32,000 nt of DNA from Candidatus Saccharimonadota bacterium (GTDB taxonomy: Bacteria; Patescibacteriota; Saccharimonadia; Saccharimonadales; Saccharimonadaceae): contig JAIUPJ010000001.1 of assembly GCA_020160975.1 (NCBI GenBank), positions 1 to 32,000 on the forward strand. The letters run 5' to 3'. How positions within the stretch are numbered: position 1 is the stretch's first letter; the number at the start of each line of letters is the position of its first letter. Shown here one piece after another: positions 16,993 through 25,343 of the stretch. The notes beneath the pieces were generated by a model. That model was not told the origin of the DNA, did not search any database, and worked only from the letters and a program-made list of their open reading frames with translations. The position numbers and the translations under genes are program-made.

Positions 16993-18105
16993 ATGGGCGA
17001 GCAGCGAGTATCCAGAGTGCATTATGGCCAATCGATTCCAACAAATGGGTATGATGCGCTTGAAGCTGCACGTGCACTGCCACACGACCGCTGCGACAAA
17101 TCATTTACGTTTGACTACAATGCCGCCTACGGGCGGTATTTTCGTATCCAAAAGGTTTTGGTTGGCTCGAGCGGCTCGAGCGAACTTATCGACATCGCCA
17201 ATGAGCTTGCGGACACAAATCATCCTGACTATCTCAATGTGGCCGGTTGGTCGTACCTCGAGGCCGCGCTCAGCGGCGCAGAAGACTGTGCTATCGAGAG
17301 AATTGAATGTGTAGAGAAGGCCGAGTCCGCCTGGAAGCAAACACTTTCGATACTCGAAACAAACCCCATTTTTGCACCAGAGACCGGCAATGCCGACTAT
17401 GCCGACACACACCGTATAGCACTTAGCCTTGCTTATACTCCACTCGTCCGAGCCTTAATTGCAGGTAATATCACAGAGGCGGTACAAGAGCGCGTCTTTG
17501 CTGACACGCTTGCGATTGCCGAGCGATGCGTCATCGATCAGCATTTAGCGATGCAGCTGGAAGATGATGTAAAGCGGAGCGACGCACTGAGTGACTACAC
17601 GGGATTTCTTCATGAATGCAATTGTCTGCTGGCACTTCTTTACCGCAATGATCCGCAGCGAATTCCTATGCCCTCATCTGCGCGAGCTGGAAGTGGGCTT
17701 GAGTATGCTTCGGAGACCCATGACATTATGGTGATCCATCAAAAATGGGGGACGATCCACCGAACAACGCCGATTGAGGTCAAGTCACATTGTGGTACGC
17801 GCGAATACGATCGCTACAAGGCGCTTGTCGTGCGAGGCAAGGCGCATCTCTTGCCGCAAAACTTAGGCCATCATCACCCGTCACTGCTGGTTGAGGCATT
17901 TAGTGATACCTATAACTCTCATCAACCTGCGAGTCGCTCGCTCGATGCTTGTGATGCCGCAGCACGAGTGGTAGAACGACTACTCGTCGATTATCAAAAG
18001 AGCCAGCGTATCGATGAAGGTAGGGAGCGCAACACTCGCACGCATTTCCATGCCTCCCCCCATCTTGGCCGCTATGCCACGCGCGCAGACCTCCTCAGCG
18101 CCTGA
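16993..18105 (+). CDS. Hypothetical protein with a helical N-terminal region and a C-terminal PD-(D/E)XK-like nuclease signature
   Basis: About 370 aa. ATG 16993 lies 11 nt after the preceding stop; ATG 16954, which overlaps the previous ORF, is an alternative. In track numbering the motif is GFLHE221 ... THD257IMVIH ... x17 ... PIE275VK277S, followed by YDRYKALVVRGK. This is the order and spacing of restriction-endonuclease-fold motifs. Confidence 0.7.
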   Translation: MGEQRVSRVHYGQSIPTNGYDALEAARALPHDRCDKSFTFDYNAAYGRYFRIQKVLVGSSGSSELIDIANELADTNHPDYLNVAGWSYLEAALSGAEDCAIERIECVEKAESAWKQTLSILETNPIFAPETGNADYADTHRIALSLAYTPLVRALIAGNITEAVQERVFADTLAIAERCVIDQHLAMQLEDDVKRSDALSDYTGFLHECNCLLALLYRNDPQRIPMPSSARAGSGLEYASETHDIMVIHQKWGTIHRTTPIEVKSHCGTREYDRYKALVVRGKAHLLPQNLGHHHPSLLVEAFSDTYNSHQPASRSLDACDAAARVVERLLVDYQKSQRIDEGRERNTRTHFHASPHLGRYATRADLLSA

Positions 18106-18188
18106 TAGCATTGCAATCTTTGGCGTAGCGGCGTACACTAATCTCTATTATTACTGGGTGGTGGTAATCAAAAGCGGCGGGAGAAGAA

Positions 18189-20288
18189 ATGTCTGAAAGG
18201 GCGGTTATTCAACAAAACAAAGATGCAAAAGCGTTTGAAGCCTTTGCGCTCCATACTGACAAACATTACGATCCGGGAATCGCTGAGTTCCATCGTGCCG
18301 CCGTACGGGCCGAACAACTACTCCGAGATTCTGAAATAACTGTTGATGCCGAGGAGCTTCTCGACGAACTCAACCTTAAGTGGCCATTTCACGGACAAGA
18401 TATCACCGTGGCAGGAAGATTATATGTCTGCGGTGATATTGAACATATTGAGGAATATATCCTTGAAGCTCTTGGGACGCGCAAGCTCGATCACTGGGGT
18501 GAATACTTCGAAGTAGAGGATACGACACTTGTGTCGATGGGCGTAATCGATGCAAGCGCAACTGGTGATGATAGTAGTGAAGCATCGATAGTGTATGCGT
18601 ATGGACTTGACGAAGAGGATGCGGAACCAACCTTTATCGCTCGACTGGGCGACATTCATAGGGCCGAATACCCATATTCAACCTATGAAGGGTGTGTTGC
18701 CCACCTCAAATATGAGTACCCAGCAATCTATACAGACATAGTGCGTCTCATTACTCCAAATGTGTATGATATGAACAAACTCAATAATACCCTTCATTAT
18801 TTGGTGCAAACATATCCAGAAATTTGCGAGGACGATCGACTCGGTACTTGGGTATCAGTATTCATTACAAGACGCGCTAATTTCGATAAGCACACCACCT
18901 ACACATTTATGATGGAAGGAGAGATGATGCTTCCTGACGATGATGGTGACGAAACAGTATATTCAATTGTAGAACCGTATACTTTTGACGCAAAGATTAT
19001 GAGCATAGGATTCGGCACTATTGAGCGCGACGGCGAGACTGATGAAGCAGTCGCTAGCTATTTGTTGGCGCTTCCGAGCGGCATTAAGTCTGGAAGTGAG
19101 CACCTCGACTCCCAAGCAATCCTCCCTGTTAATTCAGTAATCACTGTTGAGCCGCGTCGGCCGGTCTTGTCTGTTCGCGAGCAGCTCGAGCGTGCGCAAC
19201 TTGATAAGGTTCGTCCTGCGCTCGCTCGTGCCGGGCTAATGAAGCTCGCTGATGTCGAAATGTCCGCACCCTATCAAGATGAAGAGGACAAGAAAGAAGT
19301 ACCTATTACAAAGCGTGAGCGATGGACAATGCTCCAGGCTCAGCTCGAAGATATGATTTCGAAAGTGAAGAAAGCACGTTCTCGTGATTATTCGGGCATC
19401 GAGGCTGCACACATCACGGCTCAGCATTTGGTAAATGAGTTTTATGCCTCATTAGGAGACCTTTCTGACACGCTACATCGAACGCTCATTGAAGTGGGAG
19501 GACGTGGAGTGTCAGTTCCACTCGTAAAGCTCGACCGCACGAGGACCGAAAGTGAAGATATTATCACCGTACGAGCAGACCTAGATGGCCTGAGAAACCC
19601 GGGGATTAGCCACGAAGTGAGGGGGACGTTGATTACGCTTGCAGCTTCGGTTCAAGAGCTCGATGATGATACCTACAAGCCAGCCGTATTCATGAGTCTT
19701 GATATGGGTAACTTGACGCGCAATATTGATATCGTCGCATTTGAAGAGCTTCCACTGGCAAAAATGCTCACAAGCCAGGCTGCACTCGTCAATCTTGACG
19801 GAACAGCAACGGTAGAAGTGAGCGGGCTGAAGTACGCAAACAGACGCGAAGAAATATTGCGTGAATTTCATCAAATGTGTCGAGCTAAGCAAGCAACTCG
19901 CGAGTTCGTCGCAATTCGCGCGCTAGATAAGGCAATCCACCGCGAGCTTGATTCGATGTCGATTCCGCTCGAAAATATTGCATTACTTGGTAATCTCCAC
20001 GATGTGATGCGATCTACCGAGCACGTAGATGATGTTGCACATGCGTTAAATGCCATTATGGGAGGTGGACGTATGCTTATCGTCAACGGTAATTTCATCG
20101 ATAAAGACGGTCAAGTGCTTGAAGCAAAAGACTATATGACATTTTGCGTTGATGTCGTGCACACTCTTCCGTTCAGCGATGAGCGCATACCGTCACTTGT
20201 TGTGATGCCAACCGGCATGCCGACAGGCACCAGTGAGGCACCAATGCACTATGTGCCTCTGCATAGCATTACAGCGTTGCAGTACTAG
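18189..20288 (+). CDS. Hypothetical 699-aa acidic protein, third gene of the rpsG-fusA insert
   Basis: A long uninterrupted ORF with SD GGGAG 7 nt upstream. I found no Walker A, HxH, DEAD or other catalytic motif by eye. There is a central charged helical segment (about aa 325-400) and the two flanking halves show by-eye similarity to each other. Confidence 0.8.
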   Translation: MSERAVIQQNKDAKAFEAFALHTDKHYDPGIAEFHRAAVRAEQLLRDSEITVDAEELLDELNLKWPFHGQDITVAGRLYVCGDIEHIEEYILEALGTRKLDHWGEYFEVEDTTLVSMGVIDASATGDDSSEASIVYAYGLDEEDAEPTFIARLGDIHRAEYPYSTYEGCVAHLKYEYPAIYTDIVRLITPNVYDMNKLNNTLHYLVQTYPEICEDDRLGTWVSVFITRRANFDKHTTYTFMMEGEMMLPDDDGDETVYSIVEPYTFDAKIMSIGFGTIERDGETDEAVASYLLALPSGIKSGSEHLDSQAILPVNSVITVEPRRPVLSVREQLERAQLDKVRPALARAGLMKLADVEMSAPYQDEEDKKEVPITKRERWTMLQAQLEDMISKVKKARSRDYSGIEAAHITAQHLVNEFYASLGDLSDTLHRTLIEVGGRGVSVPLVKLDRTRTESEDIITVRADLDGLRNPGISHEVRGTLITLAASVQELDDDTYKPAVFMSLDMGNLTRNIDIVAFEELPLAKMLTSQAALVNLDGTATVEVSGLKYANRREEILREFHQMCRAKQATREFVAIRALDKAIHRELDSMSIPLENIALLGNLHDVMRSTEHVDDVAHALNAIMGGGRMLIVNGNFIDKDGQVLEAKDYMTFCVDVVHTLPFSDERIPSLVVMPTGMPTGTSEAPMHYVPLHSITALQY

Positions 20289-20306
20289 AATTATCTTCAA
20301 AAATCT

Positions 20307-20315
20307 GCTATAATT
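20307..20315 (+). promoter_or_regulatory. Extended -10 promoter TGcTATAAT for fusA
   Basis: It lies in the AT-rich 101-nt gap after the 699-aa gene. SD GAAGGAAG lies upstream of ATG 20390. Confidence 0.5.
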
Positions 20316-20389
20316 TTATGCAAGTGCTATTTTTTATGGCAAAAAATCGTTAAGGGAATAATTTTAAGAGAAGGAAGAGTAATACTCGC

Positions 20390-22483
20390 ATGGCAACTCC
20401 AAAGAACGTCCCCCTAAAGGACTTCCGAAACATCGGTATTATCGCGCACATTGACGCTGGTAAGACCACGACTACCGAAGGTATTTTGTACCGAACCGGT
20501 ATTAATCACAAAATTGGTGAAGTCCGTGGCGACGGCGACGGCGCGACCACTGACTGGATGGCTCAGGAAAAAGAGCGCGGTATCACCATTACTTCTGCTG
20601 CGGTCACATGCTTTTGGAAGGGCCACAAAATTAACATTATCGACACGCCGGGTCACATCGACTTTACGGCCGAGGTGGAGCGCTCACTGCGCGTCCTCGA
20701 CGGCGCAGTGACGGTGTTTGACGGCAAGATGGGCGTTGAAGCGCAGTCTGAGACAGTTTGGCGTCAGGCAAACAAATACGGCGTACCTCGTGTCTGTTTC
20801 ATCAACAAAATCAACCAAACTGGCGGTGACTTCTACAAGTCACTCCAGAGCATCCACACGCGTCTTTCTAAGAACGCGCTGCCGGTACATCTCCCAATTG
20901 GCTTTGAAAAAGACATCAATGGCGTGGTTGACTTGATCGAAATGAAGGCCTATACCTATAACGACTTCACCGACAAAGCACTTGTCGAAGGCGACATTCC
21001 CGCCGACATGGTAGAAAAAGCGACTAACGCCCGAGCACTGCTGGTGGAAGCAGCAGTTGAAGCCGAAGACGAGCTTATGGAGAAGTTCTTTGAAGGTGGT
21101 GTCGAGGCGATCAGTAAAGAAGAGCTCAAGCGAGCTCTCCGCAAGCGTGTCCTCGCGGGCGACTTCTTCCTAGTGACGGGCGGCGATGGCCGTGGTGTGA
21201 TTGTTGAGAAGCTGCTCGACATCATGACTGACTACCTGCCAAGTCCACTCGATGTTGACGCCATCTGGGGCAAAAACCCGAAGAATGGCGACGAAGTATC
21301 ACGCAAGCCAGAAGACAAAGAGCCGATGGCAGCGCTAGCCTTCAAGCTCGCAACTGACCCATTTGTCGGTAAGTTGATTTTTGTACGCGTGTACTCTGGC
21401 GTGTTGACAGCAGGAAGCTACGTACTCAACACGACCACTGGCGAAAAGGAACGTGTTGGTCGTATCGTGCGTATGCACGCCGATAAGCGCGAAGAAATCG
21501 ACAAGGTTGGTGCCGGTGACATCGCGGCGGTGGTGGGCCTCAAGGGGACTTTCACTGGCCATACGCTTTGTGACCCTGCACATCCAATTGCCCTCGAAGC
21601 AATCACTTTCCCAGATCCACCGGTATCGATCGCGGTTGAGCCAAAGACAAAAGCCGACCAAGAGAAAATGGGTATTGCGCTACAGCGCCTGGCCGAGGAA
21701 GACCCAACCTTCCGCATCCACACCGACGAAGAGACGGGACAAACCATCATGTCTGGAATGGGCGAGCTTCACCTCGAAATTCTCGTCGACCGTATGAAGC
21801 GCGAGTTCAACGTCGAGGCTAATGTCGGAGAGCCACAAGTCGCCTTCCGTGAAACTATCAAAGCGACTGCCGAAGTGCAAGGAAAGCATGCCAAGCAGTC
21901 TGGTGGACGCGGTCAATACGGTGACGTTTGGGTGCGATTTGAACCAAACGAGCCAGGCAAGGGCTTCGAGTTTATTGATGCTATCAAGGGCGGTGTGGTG
22001 CCGCAAGAGTACCGCCCAGCTGTTCAAAAAGGTATTCGTGAAACGCTCGACGGTGGTGTTATCGCCGGCTACCCAGTGGTTGATGTCAAGGCAACACTCT
22101 ACGACGGTAGCTATCACGATGTTGACTCGTCTGAACTCGCCTTTAACCTGGCTGGTAGTTTGGCTGCACGCGAGGGTGTGAAGAAAGCCAGCCCAATCCT
22201 GCTCGAGCCAGTCATGCATGTCGAAGTAACGACACCAGAAGAATTCATGGGTGACATCATCGGAGACCTCAACAGCCGCCGTGGCCGTATTGAGTCGATG
22301 GAAGACCTCATGGGTGGCGCAAAGCTTATCAAGGCAATTGTGCCGCTGGCCAGCATGTTTGGCTACACCGGCGATATTCGTAGTATGTCCCAGGGTCGCG
22401 CAGCCAGCACCATGGAGCTCGCGCACTATGAGGAAGTACCACCAAACGTCGCGCAGGAGATCATCGAAAAGCGCAGCAAATAG
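20390..22483 (+). CDS. fusA: Elongation factor G
   Basis: 697 aa with [12 protein letters not shown] (G1), DTPGHIDF (G3) and NKINQ (G4, a variant of NKxD), plus domain IV and V segments. Confidence 0.97.
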   Translation: MATPKNVPLKDFRNIGIIAHIDAGKTTTTEGILYRTGINHKIGEVRGDGDGATTDWMAQEKERGITITSAAVTCFWKGHKINIIDTPGHIDFTAEVERSLRVLDGAVTVFDGKMGVEAQSETVWRQANKYGVPRVCFINKINQTGGDFYKSLQSIHTRLSKNALPVHLPIGFEKDINGVVDLIEMKAYTYNDFTDKALVEGDIPADMVEKATNARALLVEAAVEAEDELMEKFFEGGVEAISKEELKRALRKRVLAGDFFLVTGGDGRGVIVEKLLDIMTDYLPSPLDVDAIWGKNPKNGDEVSRKPEDKEPMAALAFKLATDPFVGKLIFVRVYSGVLTAGSYVLNTTTGEKERVGRIVRMHADKREEIDKVGAGDIAAVVGLKGTFTGHTLCDPAHPIALEAITFPDPPVSIAVEPKTKADQEKMGIALQRLAEEDPTFRIHTDEETGQTIMSGMGELHLEILVDRMKREFNVEANVGEPQVAFRETIKATAEVQGKHAKQSGGRGQYGDVWVRFEPNEPGKGFEFIDAIKGGVVPQEYRPAVQKGIRETLDGGVIAGYPVVDVKATLYDGSYHDVDSSELAFNLAGSLAAREGVKKASPILLEPVMHVEVTTPEEFMGDIIGDLNSRRGRIESMEDLMGGAKLIKAIVPLASMFGYTGDIRSMSQGRAASTMELAHYEEVPPNVAQEIIEKRSK

Positions 22484-22496
22484 CACAGAAACTTCC

Positions 22497-22524
22497 GGCC
22501 GCCTCTCATAACGAGGCGGTTTTG
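22497..22524 (+). terminator. Rho-independent terminator after fusA
   Basis: CCGCCTC (22499-22505) and GAGGCGG (22513-22519) form a stem with a 7-nt loop, followed by TTTT. Confidence 0.8.
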
Positions 22525-22531
22525 GTATAAT
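22523..22531 (+). promoter_or_regulatory. Extended -10 promoter TGgTATAAT placed for a leaderless transcript of the 22538 gene
   Basis: TATAAT is at 22526-22531, followed by 6 nt (GACCAC) and then ATG 22538. There is no SD. Confidence 0.5.
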
Positions 22532-22537
22532 GACCAC

Positions 22538-23122
22538 ATGAAGCGAAGCTATAGCAGTCTCAGTCTCGTCTGGGCGCTGGTCGGAACAGGTGTAATCGGT
22601 CTATCTCTCAGCATGGTGCTGACGAGCGATCAGAGGTGGTTGGAGTGGCATATTAGCCGATTGGGCGAAGGAAGCGGTCTGGCTGCAGCGATATTTAATT
22701 TCTCGCTCTCACTTGCTGGACTTATCCTTGTGCTCATCACGATGCGTATGACCGATGAAATTCGTCACCGCAACCCAAACAGTTCGGTGACAGCGCTACG
22801 CGCCCTACTACTACTCACAGCGGTGTGCTGGATAGGCGTCGCCTGCTTTCCGTTCGATCGATTTAAGCTCATTCACTGGATCTTCGGCTATACGCAGTTT
22901 TTCGTGATTGGGTTCCTGATGTTACGGCTCAAGCACCTCACTGCGGCATTTAGCGCTCGTACTCATGCGATCGGTCTGATGAGTGCACTGGTGGTGGCGA
23001 TTCTGATGGGGCTCCACCACACTATCCATCTTCTGCCGCTCCTCACCGTCGAGCTGGTCGGCGAGCTGGCGGTCTTTATCTGGCTTCTCTCGATGGCTTA
23101 TGATCAAAAACCCTCTCGTTAA
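22538..23122 (+). CDS. Polytopic membrane protein (tentatively DUF998-like)
   Basis: 194 aa with about 6 hydrophobic helices. The segment ISRLGEGSGLAAAIFNFSLSLAGL resembles the DUF998 signature as I remember it; this is unverified. Confidence 0.7.
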   Translation: MKRSYSSLSLVWALVGTGVIGLSLSMVLTSDQRWLEWHISRLGEGSGLAAAIFNFSLSLAGLILVLITMRMTDEIRHRNPNSSVTALRALLLLTAVCWIGVACFPFDRFKLIHWIFGYTQFFVIGFLMLRLKHLTAAFSARTHAIGLMSALVVAILMGLHHTIHLLPLLTVELVGELAVFIWLLSMAYDQKPSR

Positions 23123-23184
23123 GCTTTGTTTAAGCTCATTTTTTTAAGATGAGTACGACAAGGATATAAAGGAAAAGATACCTC

Positions 23185-23502
23185 ATGGCAAAAGAAATTA
23201 TCACAAAAGAAGTCACCGAAGAAGTTGCAACGCCGCCTATAGCTACAACTGAGAGTGTCATCCATACGGATACCACTTCCATCAACCGCTCACTGATTAT
23301 TGCAGTAGGGGCATCGGTAGTGCTATTCATTATTGGGATGGTCCTCGGCTATCTTCTCGGCCGCGTTACCTCGGGAGGTAATCATGGCAGGATGATGGAC
23401 GGCCATTACCGCACATTCGATCGCGATACAGGAGGACGCCTTCGCCAAAGCCAATCAACAGGCACCCAAAGTAGCAGTAACACTTCAACACAGGCACAAT
23501 AA
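23185..23502 (+). CDS. Small single-pass membrane protein with a Ser/Thr/Gln-rich tail
   Basis: 105 aa with the TM helix LIIAVGASVVLFIIGMVLGYLLG. Its stop TAA directly abuts the next ATG (TAAATG at 23500-23505), suggesting translational coupling. Confidence 0.5.
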   Translation: MAKEIITKEVTEEVATPPIATTESVIHTDTTSINRSLIIAVGASVVLFIIGMVLGYLLGRVTSGGNHGRMMDGHYRTFDRDTGGRLRQSQSTGTQSSSNTSTQAQ

Positions 23503-24024
23503 ATGGACGCCAAGAACAAAATCTTTACCGTCATTGGGTCAATAGCGCTGATTGCTGCGACGGCGACTGGTGGATATCTGCTCCTTACCGCGCCTACTGG
23601 CAATACTGTTGCGACCTCATCGAATACACAAGCCGTCACTCGGTCAACTGCAGAATCGGCCACCAACACTCCGTCCACAAGTACCAGTGAATCAACAGGT
23701 GCAGCTGACACAACGACAACGAGCTCGTACAAAGATGGTACCTACACTGCTACTGCCAGCTATAGCGTACCGCATGGAGAGCAAAACTCGATCGCCGCCG
23801 AAGTAACAGTTGCTGACGGTAAGATTGTCTCAGTTAAAACAACCGACAACTATAGCGACCACGAGTCGGCTATGTATATCAGCGGTTTTGAGTCGAGTGT
23901 GAACAGTAGCGCAAGAGATCAGTTGCTTGCTACCTACAGTCCAAGCCGTATCGGCGGCGCGAGTCTCACGACTGCTGCTTTTGGCGATGCATTGGATATG
24001 ATTCGCTCCCAAGCGATGGCGTAG
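23503..24024 (+). CDS. Membrane-anchored extracytoplasmic FMN-binding-domain protein (probable ApbE substrate)
   Basis: It has an N-terminal anchor IFTVIGSIALIAATATGGYLLL and a Thr/Ser linker. This is followed by DGTYTATASY...AAEVTVADGKIVSVKTTDNYSDHES and the C-terminal RIGGASLTTAAFGDAL. The last segment resembles the FMN_bind flavinylation motif (D-x-x-[ST]-G-A-[ST]), with GGAS in place of SGAT. Confidence 0.72.
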   Translation: MDAKNKIFTVIGSIALIAATATGGYLLLTAPTGNTVATSSNTQAVTRSTAESATNTPSTSTSESTGAADTTTTSSYKDGTYTATASYSVPHGEQNSIAAEVTVADGKIVSVKTTDNYSDHESAMYISGFESSVNSSARDQLLATYSPSRIGGASLTTAAFGDALDMIRSQAMA

Positions 24025-24032
24025 GCGGTCGG

Positions 24033-24923
24033 ATGATAGTGCTGTACGAATTTGATGCAATCGGTACTCACTGGTGGATTGAACTACTAGACGGTAGCCA
24101 CTTTGATGAAGCACTCGTTCATCGCATCAAAAAGACAGTGCAGCAGTTTGATCTTCGCTATTCTCGCTTCCTCGATGAGTCATTGGTGAGCGAGCTCTAT
24201 CGCACTGGCAGCCTCAGTCACCCGCCAGCCGAGATGATACGCATGCTCGAATTTGCGAGGGAAATGCAGGAGGTTTCGGAAGGCGCTTTCGATATTTCAG
24301 TAGGCAACACACTTCATCGGATGGGCTATGGCAAACGGTCAGTTGCAGGCTCGGTCGCCACACTATCTTTTTGGGATCACCTCACCCTTACCCCCATGCA
24401 AATCCTTCTGTTTCCGCCCATTGCTAAAGGCAACGTACCGCTAGCAGAAGGTGAAAAGGGAAATAATGCGAGAGGGATTATGTTGGATTTTGGTGGGTTT
24501 GGCAAGGGGTGGCTGATCGACCAGTTAGTACGTGATTTAAAATTGGCTGGCAAACATGAATTTATCGTCAACGGCGGAGGAGATCTCTATGTTCGTGCCA
24601 AAAAACCGATACGTATCGCTCTCGAGGACCCGATGAATGCAACATCATCGCTCGGCTATGTCGACATCATTCACGGAGCACTGGCAGGGAGCAACACGAT
24701 CAAGCGCGTATGGCAGGATGGCAGCGATACAAAGCATCATATCATTGATCCGTTGACAGATGACTCGAGCGCGACTGGCGTAATCGCCAGTTTTGTCATG
24801 GCCGATTCGGCATTGATAGCCGATGCCATGGCGACGATTCTGATCTTGCGGCCAGCGCTAGAAGAAAAATTGAAACACGCCTACAATCTGCAGACAGTTT
24901 TGATAAGAAAAGAAGCCCCGTAA
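24033..24923 (+). CDS. apbE: FAD:protein FMN transferase (ApbE family)
   Basis: 296 aa with ApbE-like blocks: GAFDISVG, DFGGFGKGWLIDQ, VNGGGDLY, KHHIIDPLT and ADAMATIL. Confidence 0.87.
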   Translation: MIVLYEFDAIGTHWWIELLDGSHFDEALVHRIKKTVQQFDLRYSRFLDESLVSELYRTGSLSHPPAEMIRMLEFAREMQEVSEGAFDISVGNTLHRMGYGKRSVAGSVATLSFWDHLTLTPMQILLFPPIAKGNVPLAEGEKGNNARGIMLDFGGFGKGWLIDQLVRDLKLAGKHEFIVNGGGDLYVRAKKPIRIALEDPMNATSSLGYVDIIHGALAGSNTIKRVWQDGSDTKHHIIDPLTDDSSATGVIASFVMADSALIADAMATILILRPALEEKLKHAYNLQTVLIRKEAP

Positions 24924-24953
24924 CGTGGGCTAGGCGACCGCAAAAACGGCAGG

Positions 24954-25235
24954 CTACACTTCAACATCACTTGCAGACGGCTCTCCTCTCCTGATCCAGT
25001 CATCAACGCGATTGATCACCGTGATAGCTACAAAGTATAGGCAAGTGATCAGGAGCACGAACACGCAGAAGAGACCGCAGAATGCAACGAATTTCACAGC
25101 CGAGAGCAGGATAGTTGCGTACGACAGCCCTCCCTTGGCATGGAGAGCCCAGACGGTAAGGCCGATAAGCGGTGTGTAGCGGGCGACACGGACAGCGTTC
25201 TTGCGTGCTCGCTGGGTGCGGAGGTACTTGGACAT
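24954..25235 (-). CDS. Small (93 aa) membrane protein, unknown function
   Basis: AGGAA lies 4-5 nt upstream of the ATG. It has a basic N-terminus, hydrophobic helices and the C-terminal RVDDWIRRGE (compare the 5334-5597 product). It is co-oriented with and downstream of the NOX-like gene. Confidence 0.58.
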   Translation of the reverse strand: MSKYLRTQRARKNAVRVARYTPLIGLTVWALHAKGGLSYATILLSAVKFVAFCGLFCVFVLLITCLYFVAITVINRVDDWIRRGEPSASDVEV

Positions 25236-25343
25236 AGCTTTCCTATCTGTAGAGTGCAGTCCTTGCCCGAATGATACAATGCTTTTTTGCTATCTGTAAA
25301 TAGCAGGTATCTTTGCTAAACTCAAGAACCTAGAACGTAACTC

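Noticed and set aside
20289-20389. AT-only inverted repeat ATTTTTT-ATGGC-AAAAAAT after the 699-aa gene, considered as the terminator of the insert
   Set aside because: An all-A/T stem is thermodynamically weak. It also lies downstream of the proposed fusA -10 element, so it would sit in the fusA leader. It is not a convincing terminator.
21680-22537. 285-aa minus-strand ORF antisense to fusA. Similar long antisense or out-of-frame ORFs lie inside hisS (1924-2700), rpoB (8220-9016, 9426-9953), rpoC (13797-14270) and tuf (27422-27988)
   Set aside because: These are shadow ORFs lying entirely within strongly supported conserved genes. Their compositions are odd (Arg/Ser/Cys/His-rich) and they have no start signals.
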